Sequence record: NC_052653.1
Strand: one strand, 5' to 3'
DNA length: 64,000 nucleotides
From: Escherichia phage vB_vPM_PD06
Positions 43,305-53,437 of the stretch are shown piece after piece. The notes beneath the pieces were generated by a model, which did no database searches, was not told where the DNA came from, and saw only the letters and a list, made by a program, of their open reading frames with translations. The position numbers and the translations under genes were made by a program. Every line of letters begins with the position of its first letter. The first letter of the stretch is position 1.

Positions 43305-43534
43305 TGGCTGATGTTATTGAAGTTAACTTTAAAACAAAAAAGAAAGTTGATAAGTATACAATCTTAAAAAATATTTGCGTTGTGTGCTTCAATTCTGTAA
43401 TATATGACTCACGTAAGGGCGAAGATGAAAATGAACCTTACATCCAGATTTCTAAAGGTAAAGGGCAGTGTATCTGCAAAAACTGTGCTGTAGCAATTAA
43501 GGAGGTTGTAGATGAAAACCATTGGGATCAATGA
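43304..43534 (+). CDS. Small zinc-binding protein (76 aa)
   Basis: ATG overlapping upstream stop; CVVCFNS...CICKNC. Confidence 0.5.
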   Translation: MADVIEVNFKTKKKVDKYTILKNICVVCFNSVIYDSRKGEDENEPYIQISKGKGQCICKNCAVAIKEVVDENHWDQ

Positions 43535-43706
43535 TACTGGTGAAGTTGTAAAATCTTGGGATGATCTTAGTGGTATCCCTACAGATAAACTGATTAAACT
43601 GCGTGATGTTTGTCGTGATCATCTTAATGAAACATATAAAGAGTATATGGAAGCACGAGATCACAGTTTAGCTATCCAAATGGAACTCGCAAAACGTAAT
43701 CAATAG
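43512..43706 (+). CDS. Hypothetical protein (64 aa)
   Basis: GGAGG RBS. Confidence 0.55.
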   Translation: MKTIGINDTGEVVKSWDDLSGIPTDKLIKLRDVCRDHLNETYKEYMEARDHSLAIQMELAKRNQ

Positions 43707-43763
43707 GTAAAACCATTTGGACTTTTTAGTCTAAAAATGCTAAAGTAATAATACGGAGGGAGT

Positions 43764-44327
43764 ATGATATTTCACATAACTCCCTATCTTTCTGGAGATA
43801 TTGGAAAAGGTATCAATGACACAATAAGTGTCTTACCAGAAGATAGTTGGATTTGCCTAAGAGACATTGATACAATGTTTCTTCTTCCAGAACAACCTGC
43901 TTGGTTGGAATCAATAGTCCGTTCAAATCCTGATTTTGATGTTCTTGGTGCATCTTGTAATAGATTGGGATCAACATATCAATTATTTAATAATGAAAGA
44001 AGTGAAGATCCAAATATATTACACCACATTGAGATTGCAAAAAGAGCACATCTAGAATGGGGAAACTCAATAGAGGAAGTACCTACAGATGCTATCTTAG
44101 CAGGATTCTTTCTTCTCTTTCGTAAGAGTCTGTGGAATGAAATCCCTTTTGAGGAAAGATCAATACAGTTTGATATAATTTTCTCTAAAGCATTACACGC
44201 TAACAATAAAAGGCTAGGTTTACTACGTGGGTTATATTTATTTCACACATACCGTTTAGGTAATGATGATCCTAGAAAAGCTGTTTCACACCTTTTACAT
44301 TGTCAAGACATGAATAAAATTATTTAA
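43764..44327 (+). CDS. Hypothetical protein, possibly glycosyltransferase-like (187 aa)
   Basis: GGAGGGAG RBS; first gene of GT cluster. Confidence 0.4.
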   Translation: MIFHITPYLSGDIGKGINDTISVLPEDSWICLRDIDTMFLLPEQPAWLESIVRSNPDFDVLGASCNRLGSTYQLFNNERSEDPNILHHIEIAKRAHLEWGNSIEEVPTDAILAGFFLLFRKSLWNEIPFEERSIQFDIIFSKALHANNKRLGLLRGLYLFHTYRLGNDDPRKAVSHLLHCQDMNKII

Positions 44328-44336
44328 GGAGTTATT

Positions 44337-45023
44337 TTGGAAAATACAAAAATTGGTGTTGGTGTTATTACTGTAGGTAAGCGTCCTCTTAAAGATTATC
44401 TTGTGACTGATCCTAATGCTACTTTTGTTGTGCAGTATGATCGGGAACGAAAAGGTGTTGCATATGCCCGTAATGAACTGATGAAAAAGTTTTATGATGA
44501 AGGGTATGATTACTGGTTTATTTTTGATGATGATTGCTATCCGGTTGTGCCAGGTTGGGAAACATATTTTGTAAAACAGGCTAAGGAAAATGGTTGGGAT
44601 TTCTTTGGTATGCCTGAATATTTTAAAGATAAAGTAAAAGGTATTGAGGGTGAAGTGGTTATTTGGGAACTAGGTATGTGTCAGTTTGGTATGTATTCCC
44701 GTGCAGTTATTGAGAAAGCTGGCTATTTCCGCTCATACACCCACGGTTATGGATATGAAGATGCAGAGTGGATTCAGCGCGTTCCACTGGCAGGTTTGAA
44801 CCGAGGTATTCAGGGCGTACCATGTCCTATTCGAATTATGGCGTTTATCCATCCTGACGATGTGTTTGGAGATAATCCTTTACCTTTTGCGAATCTGTCA
44901 AAAGAAGAGAAAGAACAGGGGATTGGTGTAAACTGGGAACAATATAAACAATCACTGGAGGATCTTCGCAATGGTAAAACTTTTATCTCTTATGAGGAGG
45001 CTCAAAAATATGGTAAGTGCTAA
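44337..45023 (+). CDS. Glycosyltransferase, GT-A fold (GT2-like)
   Basis: TTG start after AAGGAG; GVAYARNELMK and FIFDDDCYP. Confidence 0.55.
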   Translation: MENTKIGVGVITVGKRPLKDYLVTDPNATFVVQYDRERKGVAYARNELMKKFYDEGYDYWFIFDDDCYPVVPGWETYFVKQAKENGWDFFGMPEYFKDKVKGIEGEVVIWELGMCQFGMYSRAVIEKAGYFRSYTHGYGYEDAEWIQRVPLAGLNRGIQGVPCPIRIMAFIHPDDVFGDNPLPFANLSKEEKEQGIGVNWEQYKQSLEDLRNGKTFISYEEAQKYGKC

Positions 45024-45984
45024 TACTCCTGTACTTAAGTGTGATAATAAGTTAGGCAGTGGTTGTGATTACCATCGTATTGTAATGCCGTTTGCGGGAA
45101 ATACGTTCAAACCTAAGAAAGACGTTTTAGTTTTTAATAGAGTGTACTCTCGTGGATCAGACGAGGTTAAACGCCTGAAGGCACAAGGTGTTAAGATTAT
45201 TGTTGACTTAGATGACTTTTATTCACTTAATCCTGAACATTATATGGCTGGCGTATTTACTAATCACTCAAAGACTATTGTAGAGATGGTTAAGTTAGCA
45301 GATGTTGTTACAGTAACAACAGAATACCTGGCTTACAAAATTCGTCATTTAAACCGTAATGTTGTCGTTATTAGAAACGCACTACCTTACGACGAAGGTC
45401 AATTTACTTTGACAAAAGACCGTTATTCTGACACGCCTATTATTTGGGCTGGAGGAGCAAGCCATGAACCTGATTTATCTCTTGTAGCTAATACATTTGA
45501 TGATACACTATTGACAATTGCAGGGTATGAAGTGTATCCTTCTGCACCTGTTGGAAATAATAGTCAGTATCTAACTACTGCGGAGTGGGTTAAAATAAAA
45601 CGTAAAATTCCAAATGCACAGTATAAACCAGCTATTAAAAATTTAGGTGAGTATATGTCTGTGTATGACGGTCACAGTATTGCAATTGCTCCTCTGGTAG
45701 ATAATGACTTCAACAACTGTAAAAGCAATTTGAAGATTTTGGAAGCAGGTGCAAAGGGTCTTCCTATTATCTGTTCTCCTGTGCTGCCGTACTTCAATCC
45801 GGTAGATGCAAAGGCTGTTATTTATGCAGACTCTAAAGCATCTTGGCATTATGAAGTTGTCAAGCTAATGAGGAACCCTAGATACACAGAAGATCGTGGT
45901 ATGATGCTTGCAGAACACGTTCGTCTTAATTATAATCTTGCAGATGCCAATGAACTGCGTCGTCAAGTTATTGAAAGTCTTTAA
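45010..45984 (+). CDS. Glycosyltransferase, GT-B fold, paralog 1
   Basis: C-terminal NLKILEAGAKGLPIICSP; GAGGAGG RBS. Confidence 0.5.
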   Translation: MVSANTPVLKCDNKLGSGCDYHRIVMPFAGNTFKPKKDVLVFNRVYSRGSDEVKRLKAQGVKIIVDLDDFYSLNPEHYMAGVFTNHSKTIVEMVKLADVVTVTTEYLAYKIRHLNRNVVVIRNALPYDEGQFTLTKDRYSDTPIIWAGGASHEPDLSLVANTFDDTLLTIAGYEVYPSAPVGNNSQYLTTAEWVKIKRKIPNAQYKPAIKNLGEYMSVYDGHSIAIAPLVDNDFNNCKSNLKILEAGAKGLPIICSPVLPYFNPVDAKAVIYADSKASWHYEVVKLMRNPRYTEDRGMMLAEHVRLNYNLADANELRRQVIESL

Positions 45985-45995
45985 CAAGGAGCCAT

Positions 45996-46940
45996 ATGCC
46001 TAATATTATTCTTGACACACGTGGACATGAGAGGTATAGTGTATGTGATTTTCATAGAATCATTTTGCCATATAAACGCAAACTGACCATTAATCCTAAG
46101 CATAATATTTTTGTGTTCAATGGAGTACCAACTCGTGGAAAGCCAGGTTTCCTGGCTCTTAAACAACTTGGGTTTAAATTGGTAATGGATCTGGATGATT
46201 CTTTAATTATTCCTGAAGGGCATATGCTTGAAGGATTATTTGAAAATCAAATCCGAGATGACCTAAAATGGTTCCTTGAAAGAAGCGATCTTGTAACTAC
46301 AACAACTCCAGCATTAAAGGTTGAATTAAGCCAATACAATGATAATGTACATATTGTGCCTAACGGACTACCTTTTGATGAAGGACAGTTTGTTCTTACG
46401 AAAGATCGTTATTCTAAAAGTCCACTGGTTTGGGCGGGAAGTGAAACACATAAACATGATTTAGCAATTCTCCCTGCTTTTGGTAAAGAGTTAACTTTAT
46501 GTGGATTTCGTAGAGATCACGAAGAGTTAAGTAGTGCTCAATGGTTGCAAATTAAAGAAGAGATTCAACCAGATTGTGTTTATGAAGGTATTCGTCCTTA
46601 TGAGTGTTATATGGAAGCATACGATGGTCATCAAATCTCCATAGCTCCATTAGTAAATAATCATTTTAATAATGCCAAAAGTAATTTAAAAATTCTTGAA
46701 GCTGGTGCTAAAGGTTTGCCACTCGTTTGTTCACCAAGAGAGAACTATTATACTGAAGAGTTTAAAGATCTAATCTTCTTTGCTGATTCAGTTAAAGAGT
46801 GGAAAGATATTGTAGAATACTTAATCGAATCTCCTGATGTTTGTATTGAGAAAGGATTGGCTCTTGCTAAGTATGTAAGAGATAACTACAATATTGATGA
46901 TTTAAATGAAACCCGCAGACTGCTTATCGAGGATTTATAA
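45996..46940 (+). CDS. Glycosyltransferase, GT-B fold, paralog 2
   Basis: Tandem paralog; NLKILEAGAKGLPLVCSP. Confidence 0.5.
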   Translation: MPNIILDTRGHERYSVCDFHRIILPYKRKLTINPKHNIFVFNGVPTRGKPGFLALKQLGFKLVMDLDDSLIIPEGHMLEGLFENQIRDDLKWFLERSDLVTTTTPALKVELSQYNDNVHIVPNGLPFDEGQFVLTKDRYSKSPLVWAGSETHKHDLAILPAFGKELTLCGFRRDHEELSSAQWLQIKEEIQPDCVYEGIRPYECYMEAYDGHQISIAPLVNNHFNNAKSNLKILEAGAKGLPLVCSPRENYYTEEFKDLIFFADSVKEWKDIVEYLIESPDVCIEKGLALAKYVRDNYNIDDLNETRRLLIEDL

Positions 46941-47209
46941 TGAACACTTTTGATTTTGAGTATAAACAAGATAATAAAGAACCTATTATTGTTGAAGTAG
47001 ATTACTATTATGAAGAACCTAATCCTTTCTCACGAGAAAGTGATTGGGATTATTATGGTGGCCTTATTGTTGATGGTATTAGGTTCTATTCTGGTACAAA
47101 AGAACTTTTTGATATAGATATTTCCCCATCGGAAATTGTTTACCAATTTAAGAAACATATGGAAGATTTGGAAATGCAATATATTATGGAGACAAACGAA
47201 TCATTTTAG
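46940..47209 (+). CDS. Hypothetical protein (89 aa)
   Basis: ATG overlapping upstream stop. Confidence 0.55.
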   Translation: MNTFDFEYKQDNKEPIIVEVDYYYEEPNPFSRESDWDYYGGLIVDGIRFYSGTKELFDIDISPSEIVYQFKKHMEDLEMQYIMETNESF

Positions 47210-47221
47210 TAGGAGAATCAT

Positions 47222-48994
47222 GTGTCTTATGTTGTAAATAAATATGGGTATAACATTGACCTAAGTCAAGAAGGACATACTGGGTGTCCTCGTTGTATGA
47301 AAGGAGGGCGTGATCGATCACAAAACAATTTGATGGTATACGGCTTAGATGCCGATGAAGACCATCGAGGCGCACATTGTTTTTCTTGTGGCTTTACTAT
47401 CCCTGATCAAAAATGGTTAAATGCACACGGCGAAGAAATTGAAGAGGAGGATATCTTGGGTAGTGAGTTTAATCCAGAAGTACATGATAAACTAAAAGCC
47501 AGCACTGGAACTAATCCAAAAGGTTATCGCGGTATTCGTGAAGATATCTCTAAACCTTTCGGTGTACGCTATATGTACGATGAAGCTACTGGCGAAGTAA
47601 TTTCAACACTATACCCTACAACTAAAGATTACAATATTGCTGGGTATAAACAACGTATTGATCCAAAAGATTTTTCGCATCCTATCGGTGAAACAGGAAA
47701 GGATTGTGATCTCTTTGGGGAGTTTAAATATCGTAACCACAGCGGTACTATTCTAATCGTTGGTGGTGAACACGATATGCTGGCTGCAACACAGATGCTA
47801 AAAGATTATAACAAGGGCGGTAAATATCCTGTTCCTGCTGTAGTATCTGGTACTTGTGGCGAAACATCTCTGCATAAGCAGCTTCAACATCGTTATAAAT
47901 TCTTAGATCAATTTAAAAAGATTGTTCTGTGTATGGATAATGATGAAGCTGGACGTGCAGCAGTTGAGAAATGTGTTAAAATCTTACCACGTAATAAAGT
48001 TTACGTGATGGAACTAACAGATGTTAAAGATCCTAACCAGGCACTAGTAGAAGGAAAAATTGATCACTTTCTTGATCGCTTTTTCAAAGCTAAACTGTAC
48101 ACACCTGCTGGTGTTTATGCTTCTAACGTACTGTATGAAGCAGCCTTGGAATGTCTGGAAGCTAAAATGATTACTCTTCCTCCATTCATGCGTGTTGCTT
48201 CTAATATGTTAGGTGGAGGCTTGGTAGAAGAAGAAATTACTGTTATACTTGCAAAAACAAGTATTGGTAAGACACTGTTGGTTAACGAGATTACGAAACA
48301 CATTATTCTTGCACACCCAGAACATACTCTTGGTATTTTATCTTTGGAGGCAACGTATAAGAAGTATTCTCGTAACTTACTGTCTTCATTCTTGCACATC
48401 CCTCTTCACCGTAAAACAAAAGAAGAGAAGGAAAAGATTTTAAAAGATAATGAAGAAAAGATTCGTGATTTTTACGAACGAGAAGATGGAACACCACGTT
48501 TCTATGTTTGTGATGATCGTGGAGCTAACGTAGATGTGATTAAAGAGAAGGTTCTGGAAATGATTATTTATTTCGGAGTAACCATTCTTGTTATCGACCC
48601 TTATTCTGATTTGCTTTCTGGTATGGACGTGTCACAACAAGAGGAACTTGCGACGTGGCTCAAACGCATTATGAAAGAGTACGCAATTACCATTGTTGTA
48701 ATTTCACACGTTAAAAAGTCTTCTAACAATAGTAATGAACATATTGTAGAAGATGATGCAATGGGTAGTAGCTTCCTTGCTAAAGGTGCTGGTATCACAA
48801 TTGCGCTGGAGCGTGATAAACAAGCTGAAGATCCTATGGAACGTAACCGCACATATTGCTACATTCTAAAGAACCGTGAGTTCTCAGAGACTGGTGCAGC
48901 AGGTAGTTTCTTCTATGAGATTAAAACAGCTACACTTCACGATTACGATCAATACACAAGTAACCCAGAGAATATTCCTGATGGTTCTTATTAA
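47222..48994 (+). CDS. Bifunctional primase-helicase (T7 gp4-like)
   Basis: Zinc ribbon CPRCMKGG...CFSCGF; helicase Walker A ILAKTSIGKT; GTG start after TAGGAGAA. Confidence 0.75.
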   Translation: MSYVVNKYGYNIDLSQEGHTGCPRCMKGGRDRSQNNLMVYGLDADEDHRGAHCFSCGFTIPDQKWLNAHGEEIEEEDILGSEFNPEVHDKLKASTGTNPKGYRGIREDISKPFGVRYMYDEATGEVISTLYPTTKDYNIAGYKQRIDPKDFSHPIGETGKDCDLFGEFKYRNHSGTILIVGGEHDMLAATQMLKDYNKGGKYPVPAVVSGTCGETSLHKQLQHRYKFLDQFKKIVLCMDNDEAGRAAVEKCVKILPRNKVYVMELTDVKDPNQALVEGKIDHFLDRFFKAKLYTPAGVYASNVLYEAALECLEAKMITLPPFMRVASNMLGGGLVEEEITVILAKTSIGKTLLVNEITKHIILAHPEHTLGILSLEATYKKYSRNLLSSFLHIPLHRKTKEEKEKILKDNEEKIRDFYEREDGTPRFYVCDDRGANVDVIKEKVLEMIIYFGVTILVIDPYSDLLSGMDVSQQEELATWLKRIMKEYAITIVVISHVKKSSNNSNEHIVEDDAMGSSFLAKGAGITIALERDKQAEDPMERNRTYCYILKNREFSETGAAGSFFYEIKTATLHDYDQYTSNPENIPDGSY

Positions 48995-49004
48995 GGAGAG
49001 AAAT

Positions 49005-49400
49005 ATGAAAGACAACGAAAATATCCTCTATGGGGTATCCCCTTCTGCGTTAGGGTATGATTATACGAAAACTGTTGCTAAGTTTAAATTTCAAGATGGA
49101 TCGGAGTTAGAACCATATGGTTATGCTTATGGTGAACATTTGTGGTTTGAGGATGGTTGCCTATACCTTCTCATTCAAACTACCAGTGGTTTTGTGGGAG
49201 AGCTTGTAGATCGTATGCTGAAAAATGTTAGTGATAAAGTTGTTCTTGATATCGCTAGTAAGGATGAAAACATTAATAACATTGTTTCCACTTTTAGTGG
49301 CTTAACAGGGACAGTTAAAATTGACCGTGTAGGCTTGAGAAATACCAATGGTGTCCCTAATTGCCTTATTAAAGTACAATTAAGTGCTGACAATAAATAA
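49005..49400 (+). CDS. Hypothetical protein (131 aa)
   Basis: ATG after AAGGAGAG; track ORF begins upstream inside primase gene. Confidence 0.6.
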   Translation: MKDNENILYGVSPSALGYDYTKTVAKFKFQDGSELEPYGYAYGEHLWFEDGCLYLLIQTTSGFVGELVDRMLKNVSDKVVLDIASKDENINNIVSTFSGLTGTVKIDRVGLRNTNGVPNCLIKVQLSADNK

Positions 49401-49404
49401 CAAG

Positions 49405-49425
49405 AAGGGGCGAAAGCCCCTTTAC
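49405..49425 (+). terminator. Intrinsic terminator (GNRA loop)
   Basis: GGGGC-GAAA-GCCCC then TTTAC. Confidence 0.55.
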
Positions 49426-49490
49426 AAAACAATTAATTTATGGTACAGTATTAACAAATTAAGACTTTAGAAATATTTTAAGGAGGGAGA

Positions 49491-52400
49491 ATGGGAGCTT
49501 TTACTTTCGACATTGAAAGTAACAACTTGCTTAATGACGAAAGTGTAGATTACTTGGCAAGTCCATATCGTTTAAAAGATAGTTTTGCAATGCACTGTAT
49601 TGTGTGCGAAAGTCATGATACTGGAGAGATTATTGCTTTCCATGATGGTGATAAATATCTTTTCGATGGTCGTCCGTATATTGAGACTGACGGAAAGTAT
49701 GAATACCGACTGGAGGAATATGAGCATTTAGAATATACCCATTTCCCTCTTAAAGATTTTCCTGATTTTGTAAATGGAACAGGTAAATTTAAAGGTAATT
49801 CAAACTATAAAATTACCAAAGTAGTTGGACACAACATCATTAACTTCGACTTACTGGCAATTAAATTATTTTTTAAACTCAACTACAGTATTAAGTACAA
49901 TACTTGGGGTAATAGTAACATTGAAATTTGTGATACTATGATCTTAAGTAAGACACTAAACCCTGATCGCTTCGGTGGTCATAGTCTGGCAGAGTTATCT
50001 AAGAAAGCTGGAGGGGATGTTAAAATTGATTTTAGAAAAAACATTCCTGAAACTGAAAGATTTAGAACATTTGCAGCAGATATGCTGTATTACTGTATTT
50101 ACGATAACAAAGCTAACACCGCAGTGTTCCGTTATTTGATGGAAGAGTGGGGTGATTATAACAAGTGGTCTGAACCATTTAACTTAGAACAACGTGTAGC
50201 TGATATTATTACACGTCAAGAGCACCGTGGCTTTGCTTTCAATATGAAACAAGCAGAAGATAATATTCGTGATCTGGATGCTCGAATGGAAGCATGTCGT
50301 TTAGAGGCAGAACCTGTGCTACCTCCTAAACCTGCTACTAAAGGTTATTTGAAATCATTCATTCCACCTAAACTACAGTTTAAAAAGAATGGTGAGCCTT
50401 CAAGTAACATGATAAAGTTTGCAGAGAAACATTCTGGTGAACTTGTACAAAAAGAAGATGGTTGGTGGTTATTTGCATTAGGTAAAGAGTTTAAACTACC
50501 TATTCCAGCAGAAGAACCTATTTGTGATCCTACAGTACCTGCTACTTTAGACGACACTACACATATTAAAAATTGGTTAGTTGGTTTAGGTTGGAGTCCA
50601 TCTGAATATAAAGATAAAGATATCACTCTTAAATCTGGCACTAAGATTAAGAAAGATGAAGCACAAATGGAGAAAGCTATTCGTGACTATGTTGATCAAA
50701 CATTAGCATCTAACTTCTGCCAGGATAGATGTGATCATCTGGAGTGCACACCAGAAACTTTGGAATGGAAACTAAGAGATCGTATTGCTAAAGCTAAAGG
50801 TCGTGGTGTTAAAGTGCTTACTAACCCTTCCTTTACAAAAGGGCAAGAGAAGGATATTTGTCCTAACTTGGAAGCACTGGGTGAAAAGTTCCCTTATGCT
50901 ACGCAGATTGTGCAGTATCTTACGTATAAACATCGTAGAAACTCTATTCTAGGTGGTGGTGCTGATTGGGAAGAGGATGAAGAGGATTACGATAAAGGTT
51001 ATCTGGCGGCAGTAAGAGCTGATGGTCGTATACCAACTCCTGCTGCAACGTGTGATGCAGCTACGTCTCGTATGAAACATAGGTTAGTAGCAAATATCCC
51101 ACGTGTAACATCTCTGTACGGATATGAAATGCGTAACTTATTTGGTGTAGAAGTTCCAAAATACTTCCAAATTGGTTATGACTTTGATTCTCTTGAGGCA
51201 AAAATAGAATCACACTACTGTGTACCTATGGATGCACAAGCACTAACCCGTAAAGGTTGGGTTGGTTATCACGATCTACAAGAAGGGGATGAAATCTTAG
51301 GATATAACCCAGAAACAGGACTTAAAGAATGGACTAAAGTAAAAGGTAAGGTCTTCTATAAAAATAGTAAGACGTTTGAGATTAAAGGAAAATCCCATAC
51401 TTATCGTGCAACAGCAGATCACCGTTGGTATGTTAATACTCGTAGTACAGGGAATACTTATGTGCCTAAAGTCAGAACAACTGCCGAGCTTTGCACAGGA
51501 GATAACATTATTTGTAATGCTCCATTTAACATGGAACAAGATCAAGTAAATAGTTTAACTTCTGTTCAACAAGGTAAATGGGATGTTCCGTGGGTAGAAC
51601 GTGTAGTTAATATGTCTCATGCCGAGCGTGTGGCTTTCTTGGAAGGTTTTTTGATTGCGGATGGTTACTGGCACAAACATAAACAAAAACCTGTTTGGCG
51701 CTGGGCGCAGAACCCAGGAGAACTTTTTGAAGCAGCCTTAACTGCCTCATACCTGGTTCATGGGGGTAATATTTCTGTAGCCTTCAATACGAAAGACCAG
51801 AAAGTAAAAGTGGCAACGTTGGCTAACCGCTCTCACATCCCTGTTCAAAGTCTGACTATTGAAGAATGGGGTGTAGAAGATGTTTGGTGTCCACAAACAG
51901 AACTCGGTACATGGGTTATGCGTCAGAAAGACTGCATCACGATTACAGGGAATTGTTGGCGGTACGAGCAGGAACCACACGAATATTGTAATGCTCTATT
52001 GTTGGAAAAACCTAATGATGTTCATACAATGATGGCTCGACGTATTTCTGACACTATTGGTCGTAAGTTTGAACGAAGCCCTGCTAAATCTGTTAAGTAT
52101 GGTATTACTTATGGTGCTCAAGCTGCAAAAGTAGCAAAAACTATAGGTAGTGATATGTATACAGGACAGCTTGTATACGATGCTTTCTGGGAAGCTGCAA
52201 AACCTCTTGCGCTTCTTAAAGAACGTCTGCATGACTTTTGGGTTAAAACAGGTAAGAAATACATTCTTGGTATTGATGGTAGGAAAGTACCTACACGATC
52301 TGCACACGCAATACTTAACTCTCTGTTCCAGAGTGGTGGTGTTATTTGTGCAAAAAGAGCAATGGTTATCTACGATGATCTTATCGAAGAAGAAGGATTA

Positions 52401-52805
52401 GCTGTTGACTTTTTTGTTGATGACTGGAAAAATAAGTCATTCGTTCAACAAATGATTGCATATCACGATGAAGCACAGCTTGAAGTAACTCGTGATCTGG
52501 TGCATTTTAAATGGTTCTCTAAAGAATCTTTAGGTTGGACTCAAGTTGATGATCCAGAAGAACAAAAGAAAATTGATAAAGAATGTTTGGATAAAGTTAA
52601 TGCCTGGAAAGAAGAGGAAGAGAAACGTACTGGCAAGATTTGGGCTAACGTACATGAATCTCCGAAAGGTGGTTGGTTTACAGCCTACAGTCGTGCTGGA
52701 GAATTAGCATCTATCGCTGTTAATAAAGCTGGTGAGTATTACAATCTTAATGTACCTCTAACTGCTGGTTACGATGTTGGTAGTTCATGGTCAACTTGTC
52801 ACTGA
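49491..52805 (+). CDS. Family A DNA polymerase, intein-containing precursor
   Basis: Exo I TFDIES; motif A GYDFDSLEAKIESHY; motif B RSPAKSVKYGITYGAQ; motif C IAYHDEAQ. Confidence 0.85.
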   Translation: MGAFTFDIESNNLLNDESVDYLASPYRLKDSFAMHCIVCESHDTGEIIAFHDGDKYLFDGRPYIETDGKYEYRLEEYEHLEYTHFPLKDFPDFVNGTGKFKGNSNYKITKVVGHNIINFDLLAIKLFFKLNYSIKYNTWGNSNIEICDTMILSKTLNPDRFGGHSLAELSKKAGGDVKIDFRKNIPETERFRTFAADMLYYCIYDNKANTAVFRYLMEEWGDYNKWSEPFNLEQRVADIITRQEHRGFAFNMKQAEDNIRDLDARMEACRLEAEPVLPPKPATKGYLKSFIPPKLQFKKNGEPSSNMIKFAEKHSGELVQKEDGWWLFALGKEFKLPIPAEEPICDPTVPATLDDTTHIKNWLVGLGWSPSEYKDKDITLKSGTKIKKDEAQMEKAIRDYVDQTLASNFCQDRCDHLECTPETLEWKLRDRIAKAKGRGVKVLTNPSFTKGQEKDICPNLEALGEKFPYATQIVQYLTYKHRRNSILGGGADWEEDEEDYDKGYLAAVRADGRIPTPAATCDAATSRMKHRLVANIPRVTSLYGYEMRNLFGVEVPKYFQIGYDFDSLEAKIESHYCVPMDAQALTRKGWVGYHDLQEGDEILGYNPETGLKEWTKVKGKVFYKNSKTFEIKGKSHTYRATADHRWYVNTRSTGNTYVPKVRTTAELCTGDNIICNAPFNMEQDQVNSLTSVQQGKWDVPWVERVVNMSHAERVAFLEGFLIADGYWHKHKQKPVWRWAQNPGELFEAALTASYLVHGGNISVAFNTKDQKVKVATLANRSHIPVQSLTIEEWGVEDVWCPQTELGTWVMRQKDCITITGNCWRYEQEPHEYCNALLLEKPNDVHTMMARRISDTIGRKFERSPAKSVKYGITYGAQAAKVAKTIGSDMYTGQLVYDAFWEAAKPLALLKERLHDFWVKTGKKYILGIDGRKVPTRSAHAILNSLFQSGGVICAKRAMVIYDDLIEEEGLAVDFFVDDWKNKSFVQQMIAYHDEAQLEVTRDLVHFKWFSKESLGWTQVDDPEEQKKIDKECLDKVNAWKEEEEKRTGKIWANVHESPKGGWFTAYSRAGELASIAVNKAGEYYNLNVPLTAGYDVGSSWSTCH
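51219..51953 (+). mobile_element. Intein (about 245 aa) with LAGLIDADG-like motif, after Pol motif A
   Basis: Begins CVPMDAQALTRKGW; TxxH block TADH; LEGFLIADGYW; ends ITITGN + Cys (non-canonical GN; C-terminal boundary approximate). Confidence 0.65.
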
Positions 52806-52832
52806 CATCTCTTTGATTTTAAAGGAGTTTTT

Positions 52833-53429
52833 ATGCTTACCGTGTATGGTGAAGGTATTAATGATTTGGAAGGCGAGAGTACACTACCTGGTAGTAAGAA
52901 ACTAACGCCGCATTATATGAAATGGATGGCTATGTTGGGGAGGTGTTACTCCCCTTGTCAACAAGAACGTGATCCTTGTTATAAGGGGGTGACGGTTTGT
53001 GAAGAATGGAAGTTGTTCTCCAATTTCTATTCCTGGTTGCAAACTTGGGATAACTGGGAAAACTTAGAACTTGATAAAGATATTATAGGAGGGAGAGTTT
53101 ACTCTCCCGATACCTGTCTTTTAGTAACAGGAGATCTTAATAAGTTCTTAGCTTATAGAGTAAGTAAAAGATCTCATGGGACTATGGTAGGCTGTAGTTA
53201 CGAGAAAGATCGTAAAAAGTATAAAGCCAACATAAAAGTAGGCAGTCGCATGAAAACGCTGGGACGTTTTAATACTGAAATTGAAGCGCATCTTTGCTGG
53301 TTGAAAGCTAAGGCAGAGCAGCTTACAAAATTCTTTGAAACTGAAGATGAAAGAGTTGTTCCACATCTTAAAGCACTATGTAATGAAATGCTTGAGCATG
53401 TAGAACAACATAAAGAGTGGACACGATAG
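52833..53429 (+). CDS. AP2-like DNA-binding protein, possible homing-endonuclease relative
   Basis: KYKANIKVGSRMKTLGRFNTEIEAHLCWLKA resembles AP2 domain; no catalytic motif identified. Confidence 0.4.
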   Translation: MLTVYGEGINDLEGESTLPGSKKLTPHYMKWMAMLGRCYSPCQQERDPCYKGVTVCEEWKLFSNFYSWLQTWDNWENLELDKDIIGGRVYSPDTCLLVTGDLNKFLAYRVSKRSHGTMVGCSYEKDRKKYKANIKVGSRMKTLGRFNTEIEAHLCWLKAKAEQLTKFFETEDERVVPHLKALCNEMLEHVEQHKEWTR

Positions 53430-53437
53430 GAGAAAAT

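Noticed and set aside
51954-51986. Alternative C-terminal boundary for the polymerase intein further downstream (around HEYC)
   Set aside because: No Asn followed by Cys/Ser/Thr at those positions; GN+Cys at 51951-51956 is the only junction that fits, though non-canonical.
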